Positions 1 to 9,758 of a DNA stretch of 64,000 nucleotides are shown here, piece by piece. The notes beneath the pieces were generated by a model, which saw only the letters and a list, made by a program, of their open reading frames with translations, was not told the origin of the DNA and searched no databases. Position numbers and translations under genes: made by a program. Position 1 is the first letter of the stretch; every line of letters begins with the position of its first letter. The DNA comes from a virus, in the IMG/VR virus record IMGVR_UViG_3300022879_000002, positions 1 to 64,000 of that record. One strand, given 5' to 3'.

Positions 1-1844
1 AATTCTGCAAATGCTTCAGATACTATTTTCGCCTGTTTGCTGATCTCATCAAAGTAGTTAATTTTAATATCAAATTCTTGTTTTACTTTTATTAAACCAT
101 TTATATCTTCCGTAACTACAGGAGAACGCCCCATTATAGAAGATATAACTTCATTTAAGTCATCTGAAGCACTGTCATCACTAGCTTTGTCACCCTTGAT
201 ATCAGACAATCCAACTTTAAGCATCATACGAATTTCCCCATCCTTGTTGATATAAATATTTGAGAATAAATTATCCAACATTTGTTTCTTCACTCCTATT
301 GGCGCACTATCAAATACATGTCCAAACTTTATAGCTAATTCCATAAACTCTTCAATGTTAAATGCCTCACCTTGATCTTGAATAGATTTTTCTTCTAATG
401 TCGAATAAAATTCTTTCATATCATTCAATTCATGTAAAAGCACTTTTTGCTTTTTCAAATAAACAACTTGCAAATCTAAGTCATCATCTAATTCAGATAC
501 AAGTTCAGTAATGTTATCCAATTTTGTTTTTAATTTATCGATATCCTTTTTTACTTTGTCTGCTTCAGAGGTGTAAGTAAATTTATCTGCTTCTAATTTT
601 AGTTTTATTGTTTCTATCATATCTGGTTTAATTAAATGTTGAATTTTATCTTTAGCAATATCAACAATGATTTTCTCTAAAACTTCTTTTCTATACAAGG
701 TATTATGTGGACAATTTTCTTTCCTTGATGATCGTTTATTACGACAAGTATAATAAGAAAATTGTTTTTTAGTACCTTTGGGCTGAGATGTGACAACAGT
801 CATTCGCTCTCCACATTCAGAACAGTACACTAATCCTGATAGTAAAAATTGAGTATTTAGTGATACTCTTTCTTTTGTACCTGATTTTCTTTTTTCATAA
901 GCATCATTAATCTTCTTCTGTCTCACTTCTGAACGACAAACTTCAATTAGCTCCGACTTCTCAATTACACGATCTAAATCGGGATTCATTTTACTTTCAT
1001 ACGAAAAGTGACCTGTATAAATTGGATTAAAAAGTATGGTATGAATATTTTTGTGATTCCATTCATCTACTGTAGACTCTTCTATTCGTATAGGTTTAGG
1101 TATTGGTTCAGCAAGTTGATTTTTACCTCTAATTTTCCCACCATTAAGATATTTTGCAATTGAAAGCATACCTATTCCTTCTAAATATAAATCTTCTACT
1201 AATTCAATTGTTTCTTTCGCTCTTGGTAGTAATTCTAATTTATATTCTCCTTTCCCAAACGTATATCCTATTGGTGCGCTTCCACCTGTAAACTCTCCCT
1301 TTTTAGCTTTCATCAGCATGGTATCAGAGACACGAGTTGCAGTTGTAGCACTTTCCATTTCTGCAACCATAGACATAACAACTTCCATCATTTTAGATGC
1401 TCCTGCAAACTTAAACGCTTCTAAATCTACCTGTTGTTCACCTGAAGCAGATAGATAAATATCTACATTGTAGTCTGCTAGAAATTGGAGAAACCCTATA
1501 TACTCCATTGTGTTACGGAACATTCTATCTCGTTTATATGCAATAACATAATTAATTTTCCCATCTCTTATGTCTTGCATTAACTCTTGAATAACATTTC
1601 GATTCTCAATTCTTACCTTTCTAGCTGAAACCCCTTCTTCTACATACGGTTTATAAATTAAGCCCTTGATTTGTTTTGCATGGTTGTTTGCAAGATCCAT
1701 TTGCATCTCTAGAGAGTCACCATCTTCAACTTGCATGTCAGTAGATACTCGTATTAATACTGCAATTGTGATTGTATTCTGTTCGATGACATTAGAGTTC
1801 TTTAATGTTTTGTTATATTTATTTTTAGTCGAAAACAAAGTCAT
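1..1844 (-). CDS. Large serine recombinase (SprA-like phage integrase), 3' end beyond window
   Basis: Manually translated; absent from ORF track because no stop in window. ATG 1844, MTLFSTKNK...IAVLIRVSTDMQ (catalytic Ser), VIAYKRDRMFRN, GGSAPIGY, Zn ribbon LLSGLVYCSECG...YYTCRNK...CPH; open to position 1 (>610 aa). Confidence 0.93.
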   Translation of the reverse strand, partial: MTLFSTKNKYNKTLKNSNVIEQNTITIAVLIRVSTDMQVEDGDSLEMQMDLANNHAKQIKGLIYKPYVEEGVSARKVRIENRNVIQELMQDIRDGKINYVIAYKRDRMFRNTMEYIGFLQFLADYNVDIYLSASGEQQVDLEAFKFAGASKMMEVVMSMVAEMESATTATRVSDTMLMKAKKGEFTGGSAPIGYTFGKGEYKLELLPRAKETIELVEDLYLEGIGMLSIAKYLNGGKIRGKNQLAEPIPKPIRIEESTVDEWNHKNIHTILFNPIYTGHFSYESKMNPDLDRVIEKSELIEVCRSEVRQKKINDAYEKRKSGTKERVSLNTQFLLSGLVYCSECGERMTVVTSQPKGTKKQFSYYTCRNKRSSRKENCPHNTLYRKEVLEKIIVDIAKDKIQHLIKPDMIETIKLKLEADKFTYTSEADKVKKDIDKLKTKLDNITELVSELDDDLDLQVVYLKKQKVLLHELNDMKEFYSTLEEKSIQDQGEAFNIEEFMELAIKFGHVFDSAPIGVKKQMLDNLFSNIYINKDGEIRMMLKVGLSDIKGDKASDDSASDDLNEVISSIMGRSPVVTEDINGLIKVKQEFDIKINYFDEISKQAKIVSEAFAE

Positions 1845-1908
1845 AATACTACAGCTCCACATTTTATATTTTCTATAACCATTGATTATATTTTATAATA
1901 ACTAGTAA

Positions 1909-1945
1909 AAAAATCAAGAAATGACCGAGGTATCTCTTGATTTTT
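1909..1945 (-). terminator. Inverted repeat AAAAATCAAGA...TCTTGATTTTT; intrinsic terminator after dfr/RDF and/or att-related site
   Basis: 11-bp arms, U-tract on minus strand, upstream of the recombinase. Confidence 0.6.
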
Positions 1946-1950
1946 CTATA

Positions 1951-2109
1951 TTAATTCTTATATGTATTATTTTTAATATAAGATACGAATAAATCTATGA
2001 TATTATCTTCTAATTGTTTTCTATTTTTTTTAGCTTCATCGGTATAAGTAAACTCTATACCTTTAACAGTTGGGATACTTCGTACCTTTATACCTTCAAA
2101 TTCATGCAT
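1951..2109 (-). CDS. 52-aa protein, candidate recombination directionality factor (SprB-like by position)
   Basis: MHEFEGIKVRSIPTVKGIEFTYTDEAKKNRKQLEDNIIDLFVSYIKNNTYKN; start overlaps dfr stop; directly upstream of the recombinase; function positional only. Confidence 0.5.
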   Translation of the reverse strand: MHEFEGIKVRSIPTVKGIEFTYTDEAKKNRKQLEDNIIDLFVSYIKNNTYKN

Positions 2110-2635
2110 TCTCTCCAACTACATCATCCTTTCTTACATAATTGATAAACTCAAACTTTAATCCATTTTCTTCATGTTCTTCGCTATGTATTTTCTTAAA
2201 TTGTTGTTTAACTTGTTCAAATGGAAAGTGTGTATCACCTTTTTTATTGTCATGTATGTATGTTATATAAACTTTATCCGCAAATGGTAATGCTTGTTCA
2301 TATAACGACTTTCCTCCACAAATCCATAAATCCTTGTCTTGGCTTCCTGTGTTTAAATAATGGTTTAATACTTTATCAAATGAAGATTCAACAACTACTC
2401 CTTTAGGTGCTTTATAATTCTTATTTGAAGTTAATACTACATTTACACGCTTATCTAATGGCTCTGGTAATTCTTCAAATGTCCGTTTACCCATTAAACA
2501 TATATTAGGATGTCCACTATTATTTTGAGTAAGCTGTTTAAAACGTTGTAGATCCTTTTTGATCCTATATAGTAAATGTCCATTCTTGCCTATGGAATTT
2601 GTTTCATTTATTGCTGTAATAATATTTATAGACAT
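2102..2635 (-). CDS. folA: Dihydrofolate reductase
   Basis: IGKNGHLLY, KDLQRFKQLT, MGKRTFEEL, CGGKSLY, DTHFP motifs; strong RBS AGGAGG. Confidence 0.95.
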   Translation of the reverse strand: MSINIITAINETNSIGKNGHLLYRIKKDLQRFKQLTQNNSGHPNICLMGKRTFEELPEPLDKRVNVVLTSNKNYKAPKGVVVESSFDKVLNHYLNTGSQDKDLWICGGKSLYEQALPFADKVYITYIHDNKKGDTHFPFEQVKQQFKKIHSEEHEENGLKFEFINYVRKDDVVGENA

Positions 2636-2660
2636 GAACTCCTCCTACTTATAATTGACT

Positions 2661-2768
2661 TCATACGTGACTCAGTAGTAGAATCAAGGTGTGACTAAAC
2701 CGAATTTTCCTGATTCACTTCTAAGTCATGTATGAGTGAGTGTCCTACTGACGTTCGCTCTTTTTTTT
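2661..2768 (+). ncRNA. Candidate antisense sRNA: long hairpin plus GU-containing terminator
   Basis: TATAAT 2650-2655; stem 2661-2675/2721-2735; 11-bp terminator stem 2734-2744/2750-2760 followed by T8. Confidence 0.55.
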
Positions 2769-3069
2769 ATTTTTTCTTGGCATGAATGATTTGCTTGTTA
2801 TTATATACGGTAACTACTTCCCATCCTTCAGATTTCAGTTGTTCAACCTCACTATAAGTTTTGTAATTATAGTAGATATGTTTTTCTTTTGTTGACAATG
2901 AAGACACTATTACTGCAAAACCTAATATTCCAATGCCTATACATATAATTATTTTTGAAATAGAACAATCTTTAAAATAAACGCTCATTGGGATTATTAT
3001 AATTAGTAATAAAACTGCCACTACCACCATCCATAAGTAAGGATTAACTATCCATTCATTAATTACCAA
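2767..3069 (-). CDS. Small membrane protein (2 TM)
   Basis: Two hydrophobic segments; RBS present. Confidence 0.7.
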   Translation of the reverse strand: MVINEWIVNPYLWMVVVAVLLLIIIIPMSVYFKDCSISKIIICIGIGILGFAVIVSSLSTKEKHIYYNYKTYSEVEQLKSEGWEVVTVYNNKQIIHAKKK

Positions 3070-3099
3070 TTAGCACTACTTCCTTTTTTGTTTGTATGA

Positions 3100-3966
3100 T
3101 CACACAGCTAAATCAAATTTAAGTTGTGGCAAGATTGGATTATAACCAACCAACTCAAAATCCTTTTCTGAAATGTCATAAAAATTAGTACCGTCTGGGA
3201 CATTTAAAATTAACTTAGGTTGAGATTGAACTTCTCTAGATTTTAATTCTTCTACTCGTTTCAACATTTCTATAGCGTTATCAGAGTGCTTGTCGTAGAT
3301 ATGGAGGTTTTGAGTTAGCATATTAAACTTACCAACTTTCATTGAAGTGTGTTTAGCTATCATCATTTGAAACGCTAAATATTGCATCCTATTTATGTGT
3401 CCTGCTGTTAGGTAATCACTGCTACGAGATGTTAATGTCATATCTAAAAAGAGGTCATCTTTTACTTTTCTTACTGTAAACATAGATTGGTAGCAACATG
3501 GGTTCAAACCATCGGATTCCTTAAAATCCTCATTCTGCCACATGGATAAGATATGTCTACGACCAAACTTGTTATTCATTAAACCGTCTAATAAATTATT
3601 CATTAAGTCATATTTCTTCACAGTTGCACCATATCTAATACCTATTGAATCATCTCCGATATCAAATTCATTCCACCAGTTAATATTGTAATTGTCGCGT
3701 AGTAGCTTCAAATCGTTACTTTGATCCTTATAAATCCATTCAATTTCTCTAATGGCACTTTTAATCACAATTGGACGTAATTCTGTAATAGGTGTCTCAC
3801 CTTTTGAGATATCATATGTTTCAAATACTGGACTGATAAATACGCTATATGCAGGAGTTCCGTCTTTCCATTTAGGTCTAGGATTATTGTCCATACATCC
3901 TTCATTAGCCAATCTAGTTAAGTTTTCAATCAGATACTTTTCTGCTTTATTTAATTCGGTCAACAT
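3100..3966 (-). CDS. thyA: Thymidylate synthase (ThyA family)
   Basis: GRRHILSMW, LNPCCY catalytic Cys, RSSDY, NRMQY, NLHIY. Confidence 0.95.
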   Translation of the reverse strand: MLTELNKAEKYLIENLTRLANEGCMDNNPRPKWKDGTPAYSVFISPVFETYDISKGETPITELRPIVIKSAIREIEWIYKDQSNDLKLLRDNYNINWWNEFDIGDDSIGIRYGATVKKYDLMNNLLDGLMNNKFGRRHILSMWQNEDFKESDGLNPCCYQSMFTVRKVKDDLFLDMTLTSRSSDYLTAGHINRMQYLAFQMMIAKHTSMKVGKFNMLTQNLHIYDKHSDNAIEMLKRVEELKSREVQSQPKLILNVPDGTNFYDISEKDFELVGYNPILPQLKFDLAV

Positions 3967-3983
3967 AATCTCTCCTTATAAAT

Positions 3984-4012
3984 AAAAGTGAGAGTAGAAA
4001 TTAATCCACTCT
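3984..4012 (-). terminator. Intrinsic terminator-like hairpin
   Basis: GAGAGTGG/CTACTCTC stem followed by TTTTATTT on minus strand. Confidence 0.55.
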
Positions 4013-4030
4013 CATATTGAATTATGTATT

Positions 4031-4345
4031 TTATTTATTAAAAAGCTTCTTCAATGCCTTTTTAAGCTTACCCTTCTTCTTTTTAGGCGTTTCTTTAACC
4101 AATTCTGTTGCAATAACTTCAATAGTTTCTTCCTCTTTAGTCAATACGTCTTCTGTAACGTTTACAACTTCCTCTTCAACTTTTTCTACAGGTTTATTAA
4201 ATGTTACAAACTTAGAGTTATAGCGTTCATTGCCTACTCCATAATAATCCTCAAATGACAATACTCCCGTACCGTTATATTGTGGTACAAATACTTCTCC
4301 GTTTTGTTTAGCTGCTAGCTTACGTTCTTTTCGTAATTTTTTCAT
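4031..4345 (-). CDS. Hypothetical charged protein
   Basis: ORF with RBS GAGGGG. Confidence 0.7.
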   Translation of the reverse strand: MKKLRKERKLAAKQNGEVFVPQYNGTGVLSFEDYYGVGNERYNSKFVTFNKPVEKVEEEVVNVTEDVLTKEEETIEVIATELVKETPKKKKGKLKKALKKLFNK

Positions 4346-4468
4346 TAAATCAAACCCCTCTTTAGTTATGTATTTTAAATAATATCCATGTTTTATTGAA
4401 ATTTAGTGATACAAATATGATATTAATATCACTAAATATCCCAAAATATCATATATACGATACTGATT

Positions 4469-4999
4469 TTACTTAGTTAAACTATTGTTAATTTGACGTT
4501 GAATTTCTTCTTTAATTTTATCTTCAGGAGTCCAAAAATCAGGTGATTTTAGTATCTTACCATCTTCACGATATTCAGCATATTTAGATCCATCTTCGGC
4601 TGTAAATAATTTACTCATATTAGCTGCCTGTACAATATTAAATACTGGTTCTTCATCTACTCCAATTTCAACAAATGATCCTTTTACAAAATAATCTGTA
4701 TCTGTTAAAGCATCCGCTTGAGCAACTACTCGTTCAACATCGTCATTGATATACTCTTCCTTTGAAGACTTCTTATATGCTTTCTCTAACCCTTGAATAA
4801 ATAAACTAAAAGCTAAATCAAATTCATTTTCATCTTTCGCAGAAGCATGTAGGAATTCTACGATTTCTTCGCCTGTCCACACTGAACGATTAATTGCTCG
4901 ATCTAAATTCATTGGTTTAGGTGTATCAGAAATAGGATGATTGAATGCTAGATGAAAATCTTTTACATGATTTTGTAGTTTGTTTGTGAAATGCGTCAT
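4469..4999 (-). CDS. MazG-like (all-alpha) nucleoside triphosphate pyrophosphohydrolase / dUTPase
   Basis: VKDFHLAF, GEEIVEF, QADALTDTDYF, VQAANMSK, DGKILKS (PRA-PH/DR2231-type motifs). Confidence 0.8.
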   Translation of the reverse strand: MTHFTNKLQNHVKDFHLAFNHPISDTPKPMNLDRAINRSVWTGEEIVEFLHASAKDENEFDLAFSLFIQGLEKAYKKSSKEEYINDDVERVVAQADALTDTDYFVKGSFVEIGVDEEPVFNIVQAANMSKLFTAEDGSKYAEYREDGKILKSPDFWTPEDKIKEEIQRQINNSLTK

Positions 5000-5017
5000 T
5001 ATTCTTTATTTCCCCTT

Positions 5018-6010
5018 TTAATTTAAGTTTGAAAAGTCAAATGTGTCATCGTTAATTGGTACTACCTTAGCTTTAGCATAAGTAGCTCCCTTTTGTGAAA
5101 AGAAGTCATATGTACTTCCTTCGTTACGAATACCATTCATTACAACAGGATTAACTTCCTCATCTGGGAACATAGTATCTAATCCAAGATTCATTAAGGC
5201 TTTGTTAGCATTGTATCTTACATAAGCTTTAACATCGGGACTCAATCCTGTTTCTGCATAAATATCATCAGTGTACTTCACTTCATTTTGATATAAGTCT
5301 AGTAACAATTCATATCCCCATACTTTTAATTCGTTTTGCTTTTCAGTGTCAAACTTGCTGAAAATACCTTGTGCAAAAAACCCAACAGCTACACCGTGTA
5401 TAGATTCATCTCTTAATATAAGCGAAATTACCTCTGCGCTATTACGCAATACTCCTTGTCCACCTAAATATAATGGATAGAAGAATCCTGAATAAAATAA
5501 GAAGCTCTCCAACATTACTGAAGCAAACATAGCCTTCCATAATGATTCTTCATCATTTTCCTTAATAGATGTATATATGTCTGCAATTTTATTCGCCTTA
5601 TATTGTAGAAATTCATTCTTTTTGATCCATTCAAAGATTTCATCTATTTCTTTGTTTGTACAAAGCGTAGTAAATATATAAGAATATGATTTAGCATGTA
5701 TTGCTTCAAATGAATCAAAAACGGTTAATACAGCCTTTTCCTGCAAATCGTCGGTATAAGCAGCAACACGATTCATCCCTATATTTGTCTGAACGGTATC
5801 CAGTAAGGTTAAACCTGCAAACACTTTTTTGTATGTGTCTTGATGCTCAAAACTCTTCCACTGCTGAATATCTTTACTCACTGCAATTTCTTCAGGAAAC
5901 CAAATTTGCTTCCATTGCTGATCCCAGAAAACTTGGGCAAGTTCACTCGATGCCTTATTCCAGTTGATTCCTTCAAGTGGTTTTTTAGTTAAATCATTTT
6001 CTTTTCCCAT
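5018..6010 (-). CDS. nrdF: Class Ib ribonucleotide reductase beta subunit
   Basis: WFPEEI, LTLLDTVQ, EAIHAKSYSYI (radical Tyr), LESFLFYSGF, ILRDESIHG; uninterrupted. Confidence 0.97.
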   Translation of the reverse strand: MGKENDLTKKPLEGINWNKASSELAQVFWDQQWKQIWFPEEIAVSKDIQQWKSFEHQDTYKKVFAGLTLLDTVQTNIGMNRVAAYTDDLQEKAVLTVFDSFEAIHAKSYSYIFTTLCTNKEIDEIFEWIKKNEFLQYKANKIADIYTSIKENDEESLWKAMFASVMLESFLFYSGFFYPLYLGGQGVLRNSAEVISLILRDESIHGVAVGFFAQGIFSKFDTEKQNELKVWGYELLLDLYQNEVKYTDDIYAETGLSPDVKAYVRYNANKALMNLGLDTMFPDEEVNPVVMNGIRNEGSTYDFFSQKGATYAKAKVVPINDDTFDFSNLN

Positions 6011-6539
6011 TATTCACCCTACCTCTTTTTATAACTTTATGTCTTTCACATTCTTCTATACTCATAAATGGGACACTATTTAATACTGCAAATTCCCCAT
6101 GAAGTTTTTTTGCATAATGATTATACATATTGGCAGAAGCTACTTCTGAAGTAAAATGACCAACTAATAATTGTTTTTTATCCACCTGCAACCTTACTTG
6201 CCAATACTTATTTTTGCTTAAATATCTGACTCCTTTAAAATTAGAAGTTGCATTAGACCACTTAGGCTTACTTCTGTTGCACATATTTTGACTTCTTGTT
6301 GCTATTCTAAGATTTTTTCTTCTATTATCTAATCTTTTTCTATTTTTATGATCTACTATAAGATCTTCATTATCAGATGAGCATAGTAGTAGTCGGTGCA
6401 ATCTAGCTATTTCATTATTACTCTCTGCAATAACAGCGTAACCATCAAATAGCTTCCATTTATGCTTGCTCACAAAGTCAAAATCTTCGTTATCAATAAT
6501 AAAATATAGTTCACTGTTTTCAAGAGGATGTAATATCAT
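5994..6539 (-). mobile_element. Free-standing HNH-AP2 homing endonuclease gene between nrdE and nrdF
   Basis: RLHRLL...VDHKNRKRLDNRRKNLRIAT..QN (HNH) plus SNFKGV...W..RL...VGHF..E..A...Y (AP2); overlaps both neighbours. Confidence 0.88.
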
Positions 6540-8668
6540 ATACTACAACTGACACACTCCTCTAAGCTTTGTAATCGTTGACGAACATAATAAACAGACT
6601 TAATCCCTTTAGTCCAAGCATAAATATAAACTTTAGCCAATTGTTCAGTTGTCCATTGGTCTGTTACATAAAGCGTCATCGAAATACCTTGGTCAACATG
6701 TTTTTGTGCCGCAGCGTATAAATCAATTAAGTTATAAGGGTTAACATCGTAAGATTCTTGATATAAATGCATGTTGTCATTAGTCATATACGGCATCGGA
6801 TAAATTGTCCGACTATCAGCATAATCACGAATTTCTACACGCTCTGTAATAGGCGACATTGATGCTGTACAGCTTCGAATATAACTGATGCTTCCTGTAG
6901 GTGCAGTAGCATTTCTATATGCTGAAAATACCCCATGTTTCATCACATCTTCTTTAAGTTGCTTCCACATTTCAGAAGTGATAATTGGTACGTTACCTAG
7001 TGCTTTTTGTACTTTCATATTTGGCAACTTGTCTTCTTTGGAAACATATGTATCAAAGTATTTACCATTCGCATACTCACTCTTCTCAAATCCAAAGAAC
7101 TGTTCACCTTTCTCTTTAGCTAATATCATGGAGGATTTAAGTGAGTAATAGTTTAATGCTTCCATGAAGAAATCTACAAATTGAAGGGAATCAGGAGAGC
7201 CGTACATGATATCTTGTGTTGCTAAATGTCCATGAAGGTTCATAACTCCCAAACCTACGGAATGCATTAAATTATTAGCTTTTGCAACAGATGGTACATT
7301 CACAATATTTGTCTTTGTTGTAACGTTTGTAAGCAATCTCATTGATGTGTCAACAAGATCTTCAAAATCACTTACTTTACTTGCTGCATGAATATCAATC
7401 GACCCTAAATTACACGACACATCTAACCCATATTCGTTAGGTTGATCTTGATCAGTGATAATACTTTTTTGTTGTAATTGTAGGATTTCCGTACAGAGGT
7501 TAGACATTTGTACTCGTCCAATACCCTTGAGTGGATGCACATCGTTTACATTATCATCAAAGATTTCAAAAGGATATCCTGATTCAAATTGTGCTTTTTT
7601 TACTTCAGTATATAAATTACGTGCATTTATACGTTTAATTTTTCGAATTCTAGGGTTATCTAGTAGCTCATAGTACATATCAGTAATACTGATTTCAGAC
7701 ATACGTTTACCATATTCCTTATGGATGTCATATGGGCTAAACAGAACAATATCCTTATCCTTTTTCATTAATTCAAAGAAAATGCTTGGTACAATTATTC
7801 CTGTTGATAATGTCGCTAGTCGAATTTTATCATCTGCGTTAGGTTTCTTTGATGAAATAAAGTTTTCAATATCTGCATGGAAAATATTCAAATAAACTAC
7901 TCCTGAGCCATTTCGTTGTCCCATTTGGTTGGAATAACTAAATGAGTTTTCTAAAAGTTTAGCTACTGGAATAACACCACTTGCTCTATTGAGAATCTCC
8001 TTAATAGGATCACCTAAAGGTCGAAGGTCAGTTAGATTAACTCCAACTCCTCCACCTATTCTACTCAACTCTAGGCAGTATCCAATATTCTCTGCAATAC
8101 TATTCATTGAATCATCCATTGATAATTTGAAACAACTCACTAATTCACCTCTAGCTTTTTTGCCACTATTTAAAGCTGTCGGTGTCGCAGGTTGATAGGC
8201 TTCCATCATCACTCTTACTGATTTCTCTGCTAGTTGCTCATCACCTTGAGAAAGATACAATGCAATAATAGATATTCTGTCCTCATATTTTTCTAAGATC
8301 TCTTCCCCATCACGACTTTTCATAGCATAGCTGTCATAAAATTTGCTTGCGCTCATAAATGATGGGAAACGGAAGTTATATGAATATGCAATCTTATAAA
8401 TCTTCTTAATGAAGTCAAATGAGTACAAGTCTAAGAATTCTTTTTCGTAATAACCTTCTGATACAAGGTACTTAAGTTTTTCTTCTAGGTCGATAAAGTA
8501 TCGTAACTTAACATTCACATGTTCTAAGAAGTACTTTCTAGTTGCTTCTTTATCTTTTTCTGATACTAATCTTCCAGTTCTCTCATATGTATTTAAAACC
8601 TCATTATTCAACTTTAGGTACTCTTTCAAATTATCACTCACCTTGTATATATTTGTTGTATCTCTCAA
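6536..8668 (-). CDS. nrdE: Class Ib ribonucleotide reductase alpha subunit
   Basis: QPATPT, LVSCF, GGGVG, MSNLCTEI, SCNLGSI, APTGSIS, YYVR, C-terminal CVSC; no intein or intron. Confidence 0.97.
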   Translation of the reverse strand: MRDTTNIYKVSDNLKEYLKLNNEVLNTYERTGRLVSEKDKEATRKYFLEHVNVKLRYFIDLEEKLKYLVSEGYYEKEFLDLYSFDFIKKIYKIAYSYNFRFPSFMSASKFYDSYAMKSRDGEEILEKYEDRISIIALYLSQGDEQLAEKSVRVMMEAYQPATPTALNSGKKARGELVSCFKLSMDDSMNSIAENIGYCLELSRIGGGVGVNLTDLRPLGDPIKEILNRASGVIPVAKLLENSFSYSNQMGQRNGSGVVYLNIFHADIENFISSKKPNADDKIRLATLSTGIIVPSIFFELMKKDKDIVLFSPYDIHKEYGKRMSEISITDMYYELLDNPRIRKIKRINARNLYTEVKKAQFESGYPFEIFDDNVNDVHPLKGIGRVQMSNLCTEILQLQQKSIITDQDQPNEYGLDVSCNLGSIDIHAASKVSDFEDLVDTSMRLLTNVTTKTNIVNVPSVAKANNLMHSVGLGVMNLHGHLATQDIMYGSPDSLQFVDFFMEALNYYSLKSSMILAKEKGEQFFGFEKSEYANGKYFDTYVSKEDKLPNMKVQKALGNVPIITSEMWKQLKEDVMKHGVFSAYRNATAPTGSISYIRSCTASMSPITERVEIRDYADSRTIYPMPYMTNDNMHLYQESYDVNPYNLIDLYAAAQKHVDQGISMTLYVTDQWTTEQLAKVYIYAWTKGIKSVYYVRQRLQSLEECVSCSI

Positions 8669-8996
8669 CTATCAAGTCATAATCATGTTGAAATCCTCTT
8701 AATTCGACCTTATGTATTATCGGAACGTTATATTGCCTACTAATCTTATCTGCTGATTCACAGAACATTTTCTTTCCAAAGTTACTATTACCACTTGCTA
8801 TTACACCTTTACAAAATTTGTGGTTCATTTGAAGGAAGTCTTCAACCTTTTTAGGAACCTCTCCCAACTTATCTGTGTATGTGAATAAGATGTATGGTTC
8901 GTTAACTATTAAACTTTCAGTGATTTCGATTGATGGTAAATCTAAGTTGCTTACTATGTATCTGACATTGCCTGTTCGACTTGCATATATAATCAT
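8634..8996 (-). CDS. nrdI: NrdI flavodoxin
   Basis: YASRTGNV, GVIASGNSNFG, KVELRG. Confidence 0.95.
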   Translation of the reverse strand: MIIYASRTGNVRYIVSNLDLPSIEITESLIVNEPYILFTYTDKLGEVPKKVEDFLQMNHKFCKGVIASGNSNFGKKMFCESADKISRQYNVPIIHKVELRGFQHDYDLIVERYNKYIQGE

Positions 8997-9208
8997 TGTT
9001 CAATAATTTCTTGAATTTCTTTAATATCAGTGTAGAAAACATCATTCACTTCTAATATTGGCATTGAGGAAAAACCTTTTAGCACTAATTCATCTCGTAC
9101 CTCTTCGTGTTCATCTAAATTAATAATTCCTACATTCTTTCCAGATTCATTAATCCATACTTTTGCCAACATGCATTTAGGACAAATATTTTTTGTATAT
9201 AATTTCAT
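8993..9208 (-). CDS. nrdH: NrdH-like glutaredoxin
   Basis: LYTKNICPKC CxxC, GFSSMP. Confidence 0.88.
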   Translation of the reverse strand: MKLYTKNICPKCMLAKVWINESGKNVGIINLDEHEEVRDELVLKGFSSMPILEVNDVFYTDIKEIQEIIEQ

Positions 9209-9246
9209 TAAAAAACCTCTTTCAGTTTATTATTTTTATGTATTTA

Positions 9247-9753
9247 TTAATAATTAAGTAATATTTGATCTACAATTTCTTTTGTAGTCATTTTACCAGT
9301 ATCAAATTTAACTACTTCTAAATGTTCAACCTTATGTATTGCTTCTTCATATTTACATTTAGCATACTTTAACTTTTCTAATGAAACATAATCATCACCA
9401 CGACTATTAAAACGTTCCTCTAAAACTTCATCATCCGCATATAAGTAAATGATTGTTGCTTTATCTTTCATTTCTTTCTCAATAAACCTTCGCTGCTCAT
9501 CAGATAACATTGCAAAGTCATCATACATAGGAGCGTATACTTCATTACAATATGTAAATCTATCGAATATCACGTCATCCATCTTAGTAAACTCTAGAAA
9601 CTTATCAAATAATTCATCTTGTGAGCATTGCGAATGTTGAAATGAGCTACCTTTCACCACTTTAAACTCTGTAATGTCCGAGAGCATATCGACTAAACTT
9701 GTCTTTCCACTACAATCTGTTCCCACAACTATATAATTTATATTAATCACCAC
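9247..9753 (-). CDS. Deoxynucleoside monophosphate kinase (YorR-like)
   Basis: GTDCSGKTS P-loop, IFDRF, ERFNSRGD. Confidence 0.85.
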   Translation of the reverse strand: MVININYIVVGTDCSGKTSLVDMLSDITEFKVVKGSSFQHSQCSQDELFDKFLEFTKMDDVIFDRFTYCNEVYAPMYDDFAMLSDEQRRFIEKEMKDKATIIYLYADDEVLEERFNSRGDDYVSLEKLKYAKCKYEEAIHKVEHLEVVKFDTGKMTTKEIVDQILLNY

Positions 9754-9758
9754 AATTC

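Noticed and set aside
2636-2766. THF or ZTP riboswitch upstream of dfr
   Set aside because: Conserved ligand-binding nucleotides not recognisable; the terminator works only on the opposite strand
5018-8668. Group I intron or intein in nrdE/nrdF as in SPbeta
   Set aside because: Both ORFs are continuous and of normal length
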